DNA of 54,440 nucleotides. Origin: a virus (lineage: Duplodnaviria > Caudoviricetes). Within the stretch, counting starts at the first letter, position 1. Every line of letters begins with the position of its first letter. Positions 1 through 8,194 of this stretch are shown here, one piece after another. Position numbers and translations under genes: made by a program. The DNA lies in the IMG/VR virus record IMGVR_UViG_3300022602_000130, positions 1-54,440 of that record. The stretch is one strand, 5' to 3'. The notes under the pieces are model-generated. The model saw only the letters and a program-made list of their open reading frames with translations, searched no databases and was not told the origin of the DNA.

Positions 1-83
1 GCATCGTGGCTGACATTATTATTTATTATTTGACAATATAAAATATTTTATATAAAGTTAAGTTAGTTTAAGGAGATATTACC

Positions 84-584
84 ATTCGTATACTTACAGT
101 TGATAACACCGTATTTGAAATGAATAATTTACCAGAACAGGTCGATGATTTGCGTTTCTGCGTTTTGGATAACAGTAATCCACCAGAAGCAGATTATTAT
201 TTCTTGCCGCTGGTATTTTTAGAAAGTTTTAATGATCCAGCATTGGTTCTTAAAATAGGACAACATCGTATCATGATGCCATATAACTGGCGCATCCTTA
301 TTGGTGAAGCAGAGATTGGTGATTTAGAAGCACTACCACTTACAAAACTTAATGACCGTGGGTTTCAAGCATTTACATTTAATCCGCTAAGTTCATTTCG
401 TGCAGCCTTTATGCCAATAGAAATTGAAGATGTTTACCAAGATGTGCGTTGGTATTTCCCAAAACTAAAGAATGGTCAGTTACTTTGTATCCCAATAAGT
501 GAAGGTCCAAAGCCAGTCTGTGCTTACTTCGTTAAAGAAATCTCTCGTGCAAGTGAAACCATTGACATCCAAAATATAGTGTAG
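84..584 (+). CDS. Conserved phage hypothetical protein, probably starting at a non-canonical ATT codon
   Basis: ORF track gives 120..584; the frame is open upstream to ATT at 84, which lies 8 nt after AGGAG (71-75). Confidence 0.7.
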   Translation: MRILTVDNTVFEMNNLPEQVDDLRFCVLDNSNPPEADYYFLPLVFLESFNDPALVLKIGQHRIMMPYNWRILIGEAEIGDLEALPLTKLNDRGFQAFTFNPLSSFRAAFMPIEIEDVYQDVRWYFPKLKNGQLLCIPISEGPKPVCAYFVKEISRASETIDIQNIV

Positions 585-590
585 TATAAT
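562..590 (+). promoter_or_regulatory. Sigma70-type early promoter (leaderless, ATG at 597)
   Basis: TTGACA(562-567)-N17-TATAAT(585-590)-N6-ATG. Confidence 0.8.
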
Positions 591-596
591 ATTATT

Positions 597-863
597 ATGA
601 GCATTTTAGGACCAATACCACCACCAAAACGTTATTATACTGATGAATATCTTGAATGGATGGAGATACTTAAAGCAACGGAAACCAACCCTACGCTTAA
701 AGATGCGGCAGATCAAGTGCGTGTGTTGTATAAAATGAGCAAAGAGGCGGAACCAATACCAAAAGAAGAATTGTCTGACTATTTGAGCAAAAGTATGCTT
801 GAACATATAAACCTTGAAATATTAGAAACAATAACTGGAACGATGACCAATGGCAAACGTTAA
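597..863 (+). CDS. Small hypothetical protein, paralog of 850..1056
   Basis: Shares the IL(K/R)ATETNPTLKD.ADQ motif with the next ORF. Confidence 0.75.
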   Translation: MSILGPIPPPKRYYTDEYLEWMEILKATETNPTLKDAADQVRVLYKMSKEAEPIPKEELSDYLSKSMLEHINLEILETITGTMTNGKR

Positions 864-1056
864 AGCACAAAGCAGCGGTATCATCACATATGATTATGAC
901 AACAGTATAAACATTCGTAAAATAAGATGGTTAGCAATTCTTCGTGCTACTGAAACCAATCCTACGCTAAAAGACCTTGCTGACCAAATGTATATAATTT
1001 ACGAGATGAGTCAAGAAAAGCAAAAAGAAGAAGAACGGGATTTTATAGGTGGTTAA
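850..1056 (+). CDS. Small hypothetical protein, paralog of 597..863
   Basis: ILRATETNPTLKDLADQMYIIYEMS; overlaps its neighbours. Confidence 0.7.
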   Translation: MANVKAQSSGIITYDYDNSINIRKIRWLAILRATETNPTLKDLADQMYIIYEMSQEKQKEEERDFIGG

Positions 1057-1513
1057 CAAACTTGACATAGGCTATGAAATGGCACAGCTTGATTTGCGCA
1101 ATCGACAGTTCTATGATGAATTGACGGATGAAGAGCGCAAGAAGTTTTCTACATATCTTATGTTGCGTTGGGGCAGTGTTGTCAACGGTATTCCAGAATT
1201 GCAGCAATATTATCTGCAAGCAATGAACGAGCGTGTGAATAAGCGTTTCTTTGATATTAACAAGCATCCTAAACTACAATGGCTGCTACTGACTACTGTC
1301 TCACCTAACATGGGCAAGCATCGCCATGAATGGATTGCATACAATAGCAAGACTGCTAAAAACAAGCGAGCACAAAAACTATTAGAATTATATCCGCATA
1401 TTAAAAACGATGAAGCAGAACTGTTAAGCAACACTATAAGCGATGAACAATATAAAAGTATGTTAGTTGAACTTGGATATAGCGACAAAGAAATCAAAGA
1501 GGCACTAAAATGA
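1049..1513 (+). CDS. Putative clamp-loader small subunit (T4 gp62-like)
   Basis: FSTYLMLRW...NERVNK..HPKLQWLLL...HRHEWI pattern resembles the gp62 family; replication context. Confidence 0.45.
   Translation: MVNKLDIGYEMAQLDLRNRQFYDELTDEERKKFSTYLMLRWGSVVNGIPELQQYYLQAMNERVNKRFFDINKHPKLQWLLLTTVSPNMGKHRHEWIAYNSKTAKNKRAQKLLELYPHIKNDEAELLSNTISDEQYKSMLVELGYSDKEIKEALK
1487..1513 (+). repeat. 27-nt direct repeat, copy 1 (AAAGAAATCAAAGAGGCACTAAAATGA)
   Basis: Identical to 2140..2166. Confidence 0.95.
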
Positions 1514-2166
1514 TTTTATTTGCTGGTGATAGTTTTAGTGCATGGGATGACGAAGAATCTTGGACATATCACTTTGCTAAAGATATTGGTTTAGGATTTA
1601 GAAATTGTAGCATTGAAGGTAGTAGTCTTTGGACAGCTTTTAGCCAACTTGACGTTGAAGATTATAAATTTTTTAACAATTATTATGAATACCTAATTTT
1701 AACATGCACAAATTATCGTAGAATTCCTTATTGTGTGAACCTCCACATGTCTAATTACTTTGGCAAAATAGAAGTTGAACCATTAGACACAGAAGAAAAA
1801 AAACACAATATGGCTCATGTAAATTATTATGATAGATTTTATGACGAAAAAATGCACAAATTTTTTTATGAAAGAACACTAGAGTTTATAATTACAAAGT
1901 TTGGCAAACATACAAAAATAGTTTTACTTCCTGTAATACAAGATAGTTTATACACAATTAAAAAAGCCAATGAAATTTGGAAAGAGGATTTTACTTTTAT
2001 TAATTTTCCTTTAATGGATATTAGATCACACAATCCAAAACATAAAAATCATTTTACTAAAGAAATCAATGAAAGCTTTGGAAAATTATTAGCAAAAAAA
2101 GTTCAACAAACAAATTATGGTTGTATTGATCTTTCAGTAAAAGAAATCAAAGAGGCACTAAAATGA
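1510..2166 (+). CDS. SGNH/GDSL-like hydrolase-fold protein
   Basis: N-terminal FAGDSFS motif, late NH (NHF); very AT-rich. Confidence 0.55.
   Translation: MILFAGDSFSAWDDEESWTYHFAKDIGLGFRNCSIEGSSLWTAFSQLDVEDYKFFNNYYEYLILTCTNYRRIPYCVNLHMSNYFGKIEVEPLDTEEKKHNMAHVNYYDRFYDEKMHKFFYERTLEFIITKFGKHTKIVLLPVIQDSLYTIKKANEIWKEDFTFINFPLMDIRSHNPKHKNHFTKEINESFGKLLAKKVQQTNYGCIDLSVKEIKEALK
2140..2166 (+). repeat. 27-nt direct repeat, copy 2
   Basis: Identical to 1487..1513; both genes end in KEIKEALK*. Confidence 0.95.
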
Positions 2167-2378
2167 CCATAAAAACCGCAACAACTAATGATTATAGAGT
2201 AGCATCAATACTTGCAAGTGATACACAGGGTGGTCAATCGTTATATTTGAACTTTTCATCTGATATGATTGAATTAGTTACATGGTGGCAAGAATGGAAA
2301 CCAGTATTTCAAAACAAAAATGAACTTGTAATTGATGCGTTAAACCAAGCACGAACTTTGCACGAGATTACAAAATGA
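2163..2378 (+). CDS. Small hypothetical protein
   Basis: ATGA-coupled; C-terminal NELVIDALNQARTLHEITK is loosely like the motif in 597..1056. Confidence 0.65.
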   Translation: MTIKTATTNDYRVASILASDTQGGQSLYLNFSSDMIELVTWWQEWKPVFQNKNELVIDALNQARTLHEITK

Positions 2379-2905
2379 TTGCGCTTTGTCTTTTGACAAG
2401 TCCGCCAGATTGCACATTTTACTGCACTGATATGGTTCAACGATATCCTGATTGGAACTTTATATTTTTGTATTATAAAAATTATTGGCTTGAATCTGGA
2501 AATAAAGAAATCCAAGATTTTTGGAAAAACAAAAACGTAAAATTGATATTTTGTAATAATAACAGTGATTATGTAATTTCTTTTAATAATATCATCAGTG
2601 AAAACGCAGTTGACATTGTTTTTTCTTACAACGAATCTCAAAAAAATGAAAATACAGAGATTGATTTTTTGTACAATATTGCAATGAATGCAACCGTGCC
2701 AAAAATATTTTATGGAACACAACCACCATTTGTTAATACTGTGTATGTTCATAATGAACCTTTGGTTGATATTAGTAAATTGCCAACTTTTGATTGGTTA
2801 CATCTTTGGGATTATACCACGTTCAGGTATGTAGTTAGTGATGAGGCACAAGAAGATGTAATTGATCCTTGGGTTTGGCATAAAACTTTTTATGGAAATA
2901 AATGA
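2375..2905 (+). CDS. Degenerate PIG-L/LmbE-like protein (paralog of 3722..4252)
   Basis: Colinear with 3722..4252 (same 176 aa, EI..FW..(K/R)N motif) but HPDD is replaced by SPPD. Confidence 0.55.
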   Translation: MIALCLLTSPPDCTFYCTDMVQRYPDWNFIFLYYKNYWLESGNKEIQDFWKNKNVKLIFCNNNSDYVISFNNIISENAVDIVFSYNESQKNENTEIDFLYNIAMNATVPKIFYGTQPPFVNTVYVHNEPLVDISKLPTFDWLHLWDYTTFRYVVSDEAQEDVIDPWVWHKTFYGNK

Positions 2906-2906
2906 C

Positions 2907-3725
2907 ATGGATTTGGTAACTGTTGTTTATCGTGATGAATTAAATTTGCTTAAAACACAAGCATACAGTATTTCTTACTATTTTCTTGATGAAATACAAA
3001 ACATATATGTTATCTTAAATGACGATACATTATCATATAGTGATATAGAAACTTTTTGGTGGGGATATCACCAAGATAAAGTAAGTGTATTTCATCGAAG
3101 TGATTTTGGTTATCACCCACAACCACATTTTAGTGGTTGGTATACACAACAGGTTTGTAAGATACTTGGCGCGGCACATGCAGAAAGCAATTGGTGCATG
3201 GTACTTGATGCTAAAACATGGTTTATACGTCCTTTTGAAATGAGTGAAGTATTTGATCCTTATGCTCGTGCGCGATTTGCGATATGGGATATTCCACACA
3301 ATCACTGGGATCGTGGAATTGAATATCTTAAAAAACATTATAGCATTCCACGTTTAGATTGGATAAGTCCTGCTGGTGTTCCTTTTCTTGCAAGAACAGA
3401 TGAAATGAAACAAATGGTATCGCATGAACCTGATTTTGTAAACTGGTTTGATAATAACTGTGAGTTTCACACAAACGGTATTACAGAGTTTCTTTGTTAT
3501 AGCGCATGGATTACAAAACGCGGTAATTTTAGCGACCTTTATAGCGGTGAGCAATTCATTGAAGTTGCTAACTTAGCAGATTATGATGTGCCTAATTTTA
3601 ATGATTGGTGGAAAAAAGTTCATAAAGAAAATACCCTTACTGCAAGTGTGCATCCACGTGCTTACAAACTTCTTGATAAAGATCAACGCAGAGCATGGGA
3701 TGAATTTGTTAAGGAACGCATATGA
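2907..3725 (+). CDS. Glycosyltransferase-like protein (DUF6492-like)
   Basis: GWYTQQVCK and VLDAKTWF motifs; ATG 2907 follows the upstream stop at 2905. Confidence 0.5.
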   Translation: MDLVTVVYRDELNLLKTQAYSISYYFLDEIQNIYVILNDDTLSYSDIETFWWGYHQDKVSVFHRSDFGYHPQPHFSGWYTQQVCKILGAAHAESNWCMVLDAKTWFIRPFEMSEVFDPYARARFAIWDIPHNHWDRGIEYLKKHYSIPRLDWISPAGVPFLARTDEMKQMVSHEPDFVNWFDNNCEFHTNGITEFLCYSAWITKRGNFSDLYSGEQFIEVANLADYDVPNFNDWWKKVHKENTLTASVHPRAYKLLDKDQRRAWDEFVKERI

Positions 3726-4252
3726 AAGCTGTATGTATGGTTGCGCATCCTGATGATTGTGTAATCTTTGCCTATCAATTCATAATGGAACACAGTGATT
3801 GGGATTGGACGATATGTTATCTTACCTATCAACGAACCGATCCACGTGGCGCAGAGATTTCTCAATTTTGGGAACGCCGTAATATTTGCACAAAATTTTG
3901 TGGTATGACCGATAATTGGGAAAGTGTTGAAAAGGGTAAAACAGGATTTAATAATGGTGATGCAGAACAGTGGATACGTGCTTTATGCGATGGCGCAGAT
4001 ATTATACTAACACATAATGAGAAAGGTGAGTATGGTCATCCTCACCATATGTTTATCCACAAAGTAACCAATTTTATTGCCACACCAAAAGTATATTTTG
4101 GAAGTTATCCCGATTATTATAATCAACTACTTGGCACAGCTACACCACCATTTGACCCAAGTGAATTGCCGCTACACGAAGAAGTTATTAGTGGATTTGA
4201 TTTGCGTATGTGGAAATATTTTATTACCCCTGCAGCACAAAAACTGTTATAA
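3722..4252 (+). CDS. PIG-L/LmbE family N-deacetylase
   Basis: VAHPDD and GEYGHPHH metal-binding motifs. Confidence 0.8.
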   Translation: MKAVCMVAHPDDCVIFAYQFIMEHSDWDWTICYLTYQRTDPRGAEISQFWERRNICTKFCGMTDNWESVEKGKTGFNNGDAEQWIRALCDGADIILTHNEKGEYGHPHHMFIHKVTNFIATPKVYFGSYPDYYNQLLGTATPPFDPSELPLHEEVISGFDLRMWKYFITPAAQKLL

Positions 4253-4259
4253 TTACAAC

Positions 4260-4985
4260 ATGGATGAATTACGCAAAATTGCAATGGAAGCAGCAAAAGA
4301 TGTAAAGCCAGGTGCGCATGTGTGCAAATACTGTGGTCAAGGGTTTACACGTGAAAGCACACTACAAGTTCATCAATGTGAGCCAAAACGCCGTTCACTG
4401 CAACGCAATGAAAAAGGCGTTATCATTGGATTTAATGCTTGGTTGCGTTTTTATGAAATTACACAAGGCAGTGCCAAGTTAAAATCATATGATGATTTTA
4501 GTAGCAGCCAATTCTATAATGCTTTTGTAAAGTTTGGGCGACACTGTGTTGCTATAAGCGCAATCAATACAGAACAGTTTACTGACTATGTGTTAAAGAA
4601 ACAAGTCAAGATTGACAATTGGTGCCGTGATAAAGTTTATGCAGAATATCTTTATGGGTTATTGCGAACCGAAAGTGCAACCGATGCACTTGAACGCAGC
4701 ATTATAACAATGCAAGAATGGGGCGATGAAACTGCTAATGACCTTGCAACATACTTTAACAATATAAGCAGCAATCGTTTTGTGCAACATATACTAAACG
4801 GTCGTGTTAGTTGTTGGGCAATTTATTGCTGCGATAGTGGCATTGATAAACTTGGCACACTAACCGAAGAACAAGTTACTATGATTATGCCATGGATTGA
4901 TCCAGAATTTTGGCAGCGCAAATTACGAGATTATCCTGCCGATGCAGAAATGACACGCCATATATTAGAACAGGCAGGTTTCTAA
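4260..4985 (+). CDS. Phage protein with an N-terminal C2H2-like zinc finger
   Basis: CKYCGQGFTRESTLQVHQC; ATG 4260 is 6 nt after TGnTATAAT (4248-4253). Confidence 0.75.
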   Translation: MDELRKIAMEAAKDVKPGAHVCKYCGQGFTRESTLQVHQCEPKRRSLQRNEKGVIIGFNAWLRFYEITQGSAKLKSYDDFSSSQFYNAFVKFGRHCVAISAINTEQFTDYVLKKQVKIDNWCRDKVYAEYLYGLLRTESATDALERSIITMQEWGDETANDLATYFNNISSNRFVQHILNGRVSCWAIYCCDSGIDKLGTLTEEQVTMIMPWIDPEFWQRKLRDYPADAEMTRHILEQAGF

Positions 4986-5236
4986 TGACACAGCGTTTTA
5001 TAGTTATAAAGCCATCGTTAAAAAATATTCGCGATTTGTCTGAAAATATTAATACTATTGACCTTTTAAAAAATAACAGTGTTCTTGTAATTGTTCATCC
5101 AACATGGTGGGTTTTTAATGAAGCCGATATTATAGATTGGTGCAATTCTTCCTTGACATCTTGGTCACGACAAGGTATGTTGTTAGGGTTCATCAATGAT
5201 GAAGAGCGTGACTTATTCCTAATGAGGTGGGCATGA
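4985..5236 (+). CDS. Hypothetical protein
   Basis: TAATG-coupled; ends in F.N.EERDLFLMRW, a C-terminus common in small phage proteins. Confidence 0.65.
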   Translation: MTQRFIVIKPSLKNIRDLSENINTIDLLKNNSVLVIVHPTWWVFNEADIIDWCNSSLTSWSRQGMLLGFINDEERDLFLMRWA

Positions 5237-5421
5237 CTTGGTTTATTATAACTTGGTTTTATCTTGCTGGCATGGGTTTAACTTATGCAATTGATGATAG
5301 TGACTCGCCGCTATTTTGGTTTACTACTGTTTTATTAGTATTTTGGCCGTTATGGGCTACTATTATTGCATTATGGTTTGTTTGGCTTGCTATTAAGGAA
5401 CGCAAATGGATATTGACATAG
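5233..5421 (+). CDS. Small membrane protein
   Basis: Two hydrophobic, Trp-rich segments. Confidence 0.6.
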   Translation: MTWFIITWFYLAGMGLTYAIDDSDSPLFWFTTVLLVFWPLWATIIALWFVWLAIKERKWILT

Positions 5422-5966
5422 ACTTTGGAAACCGTGAGGATATATTGAAACTTATCAAGCATATACCTGCGTCTATACGCCGTGACGGTACTGTTGTCAA
5501 GCACAACACTGGAGTCTATGTCAATCCAATTCCATTCAATCCGCTAAGTGGATTGAGTAATATTGATTATAGCGAAGCCGAAGAACTTGGTTATATGAAG
5601 TTAGACCTACTGAATGTTCATGTTTATAATTCAGTTCGCAGTAACGAGCATCTTGACGAACTCTGTAACCGTGAACCTCAGTGGGAACTGCTAAAAGAAA
5701 GGGATTTTGTTGCCAAACTTATTCATCTATCAAATCATTTTGATGTCGTACAACAACATCTTCCTACTACAATGGATATGCTGGCTATGTTATTGGCAAT
5801 CATTCGTCCATCAAAACGACACCTTATCGGAAAACGATGGCGAGAAATAGCCGATGAAATTTGGGTAAAGCCAAGTGAAGGTTATTATTTTAAACGCAGT
5901 CATGCAACCAGTTATGCGTTATTGGTAATGGTTCATATGAACCTTTTATGCGAGTCGTTTAACTAA
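5406..5966 (+). CDS. Miniature DnaE-like (family C polymerase) catalytic-core protein
   Basis: DIDIDF, KHNTGVY, KLDLL, LAIIRP and FKRSHATSYA, in the same order as DnaE motifs. Confidence 0.75.
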   Translation: MDIDIDFGNREDILKLIKHIPASIRRDGTVVKHNTGVYVNPIPFNPLSGLSNIDYSEAEELGYMKLDLLNVHVYNSVRSNEHLDELCNREPQWELLKERDFVAKLIHLSNHFDVVQQHLPTTMDMLAMLLAIIRPSKRHLIGKRWREIADEIWVKPSEGYYFKRSHATSYALLVMVHMNLLCESFN

Positions 5967-6317
5967 TTGAACAACACGGCGTTTGGTTCTGCGTTCTGCT
6001 AATTTTGCAATGCTAACAATGTGACCGTGTTGCTCACGAATATCTTTTGTTGTAAGCGTCACTGTACTATAACGATATTTGTCCCAAGAACCTTTTAAAA
6101 AAATATTGATAGGTATAAGACGATTGCTTTCCCACCACCATATATCTGCTGCTTCTAAAAAACCACGCTTATCTTCTTCTGTGCGCAATTTGTTAAAAGC
6201 ATACATTGAAACAATATCAGTGTCATGGTTTTGTATAATGCCAATATAATCAGCGGTGGGGTATTTTATGTAAGAAAGGAACGGATATTGTTCAAGCATT
6301 TGTTCAAGTGAAATCAT
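5946..6317 (-). CDS. Conserved phage hypothetical protein
   Basis: 123-aa ORF with WWWESNRLIPINIF motif. Confidence 0.7.
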   Translation of the reverse strand: MISLEQMLEQYPFLSYIKYPTADYIGIIQNHDTDIVSMYAFNKLRTEEDKRGFLEAADIWWWESNRLIPINIFLKGSWDKYRYSTVTLTTKDIREQHGHIVSIAKLAERRTKRRVVQLVKRLA

Positions 6318-6344
6318 AATAAATATTCAAAAGGGTCCATTAAG

Positions 6345-7133
6345 TTGCAACAAATTTACGGTTATTTATATCCACAAGTCATAAATGTTGTTAAGAATAG
6401 TGACCTAACGCTTGACAGGGAGAATCAGTTGTTTTACGCGAAGCCACTTCAAATTTATAAAGGTGTAGATAACAGATTCAAGTTCGTTATCAAGGACAGC
6501 GACCAAAAACCTGTGAGCCTTTTACAAAGCACAGTTTTATTTAACCTTATTAGTATCACTAATCAAGAATTAGTTCTTACTCGCAATCTTAACCTTGTTT
6601 ATACCTATGATGGCATTGCAACTTGCATTATTGAAGGCAGTGTATTAGATGATATTGATCCTGGATTATATAATTACAGCATTGTAATTACAAATGGCGA
6701 AGGTCAACAAGAGATTGTATTTGCTGATGACAATTATAATGCACGGGGTCAAGCAAGAATAATGGATGCAGTTTATCCAACATTTACGCCAAGCTATAGT
6801 GCAAATGCGTTTGTTTATACAAATGATAGCGATACTCAATATATGAATGTTGCTTATACAAGTGAATTTTTAACATCTAATTATGTGCGTGGCGTTGCAG
6901 TAAATCAAACTGTGCAGTATCAAGCTAATGCGTTCACAGGCAATCTTGAACTACAAGCAAGTTTGGATGGGGCTGTTATCATTGATAGCAATGCTTTTTC
7001 AACGGTTGCTTATTATCCATTGAGCAATTATAGCGGAAATACCTACTTTAATTTCCAAGGCAAATATCGTGCCATTCGGTTCAAAATTACACAAACTAAC
7101 GGCACAATGAATTATATATATTATCGCCCTTGA
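6345..7133 (+). CDS. Putative virion/baseplate protein (BppU-like beta-rich domain)
   Basis: TTG start after AAGGG; TAAATA upstream; YKGVDNRFKF...DQKPV...PGLYNYSI. Confidence 0.5.
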   Translation: MQQIYGYLYPQVINVVKNSDLTLDRENQLFYAKPLQIYKGVDNRFKFVIKDSDQKPVSLLQSTVLFNLISITNQELVLTRNLNLVYTYDGIATCIIEGSVLDDIDPGLYNYSIVITNGEGQQEIVFADDNYNARGQARIMDAVYPTFTPSYSANAFVYTNDSDTQYMNVAYTSEFLTSNYVRGVAVNQTVQYQANAFTGNLELQASLDGAVIIDSNAFSTVAYYPLSNYSGNTYFNFQGKYRAIRFKITQTNGTMNYIYYRP

Positions 7134-7158
7134 CAGATTGTTATAAATCTGTTATATT
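7130..7158 (+). promoter_or_regulatory. Sigma70-type early promoter of primase (leaderless)
   Basis: TTGACA-N17-TATATT-N6-ATG(7165). Confidence 0.75.
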
Positions 7159-7164
7159 AGTTTC

Positions 7165-8163
7165 ATGGAAATTACTGACCAAATATTGGCACATTTGCCG
7201 TGGAAAAAGAAGTCTACTCCCAGTGGGTGGATTAGCTTTAACGCGCCTTGTTGCCACCATTTAGGTCATAGTGCCGACACCCGTGGTCGTGGTGGCGTTC
7301 ATCCTACCCCAGAAGGCGGTATAAATTATCATTGCTTTAATTGCCACTATACATGCAGTTGGCAACCTGGTCGTCGTCTGTCTTATAAAATGCGCCGTTG
7401 GATGTCTTGGCTTGGCATGGGCGAAGATGCAATTAATCGCCTTGCACTTTTTGCAATAAGTCAAGAAACCACAGAACCAATCGCCATTGAACCTCGTGAG
7501 TTGCCAACATACGAACCACGCGACCCTTGTCCTGGTCGTCCAATTACAAGTTGGCTTAATGATGGATACATCAACGAAGAGGATTATAATAGCCTTGAAG
7601 CTGCTATCAACTATCTTGATGCTCGTGGTTTTAGCGATAAACTGCATGAGTTCTATTGGACTGATGACGCAGCATTGCGGAACCGTGTGCTTGTTCCATT
7701 TACTTGGAAAAACAAGCCTATGGGTTTTAGTGGTCGTCTGTTTGAAGATGGCAAAAAGAAAATCAAATACTTTTCTAACTATCCAAGCAATATGGTATGG
7801 GGTTATGACCGTCAGCACAAGGACGCAAAGTTTTGCATCGTTGTTGAAGGATTGCTTGATGCAGTTGCAATCAACGCAATTGCTATTTGCAGCAACGAAG
7901 TAAATGATGTGCAAGCAGAAACTATTGAAACACTTGACCGTGATATCATTGTTGTGCCTGACCGTGATGCGGCTGGCATGGCTATGGTCAATGCTGCACT
8001 AAAATATGGATGGGGAGTAGCATTTCCAGAATGGGAAAGCGGCATTAAAGACACTGCTGACGCTGTTGCTAAGTATGGTCAGTTGTTTACTATGCGCAGC
8101 ATTCTTGAAAATGTACATACTAGTAGTTTAAAAATTCAACTCCATTCAAAAAAATGGTTTTGA
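7165..8163 (+). CDS. DNA primase (Zn-binding domain + TOPRIM)
   Basis: APCC...YHCFNC zinc site; VVEGLLDA and VVPDRDAAG TOPRIM motifs; adjacent to the helicase. Confidence 0.85.
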   Translation: MEITDQILAHLPWKKKSTPSGWISFNAPCCHHLGHSADTRGRGGVHPTPEGGINYHCFNCHYTCSWQPGRRLSYKMRRWMSWLGMGEDAINRLALFAISQETTEPIAIEPRELPTYEPRDPCPGRPITSWLNDGYINEEDYNSLEAAINYLDARGFSDKLHEFYWTDDAALRNRVLVPFTWKNKPMGFSGRLFEDGKKKIKYFSNYPSNMVWGYDRQHKDAKFCIVVEGLLDAVAINAIAICSNEVNDVQAETIETLDRDIIVVPDRDAAGMAMVNAALKYGWGVAFPEWESGIKDTADAVAKYGQLFTMRSILENVHTSSLKIQLHSKKWF

Positions 8164-8188
8164 CATTAGTATGACATTAGGATATAAT
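8160..8188 (+). promoter_or_regulatory. Sigma70-type early promoter of helicase (leaderless)
   Basis: TTGACA-N17-TATAAT-N6-ATG(8195). Confidence 0.8.
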
Positions 8189-8194
8189 TACTAA

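Noticed and set aside
4077-4259. N-terminal extension of the zinc-finger ORF given in the track
   Set aside because: Overlaps the PIG-L gene; the promoter position supports the ATG at 4260
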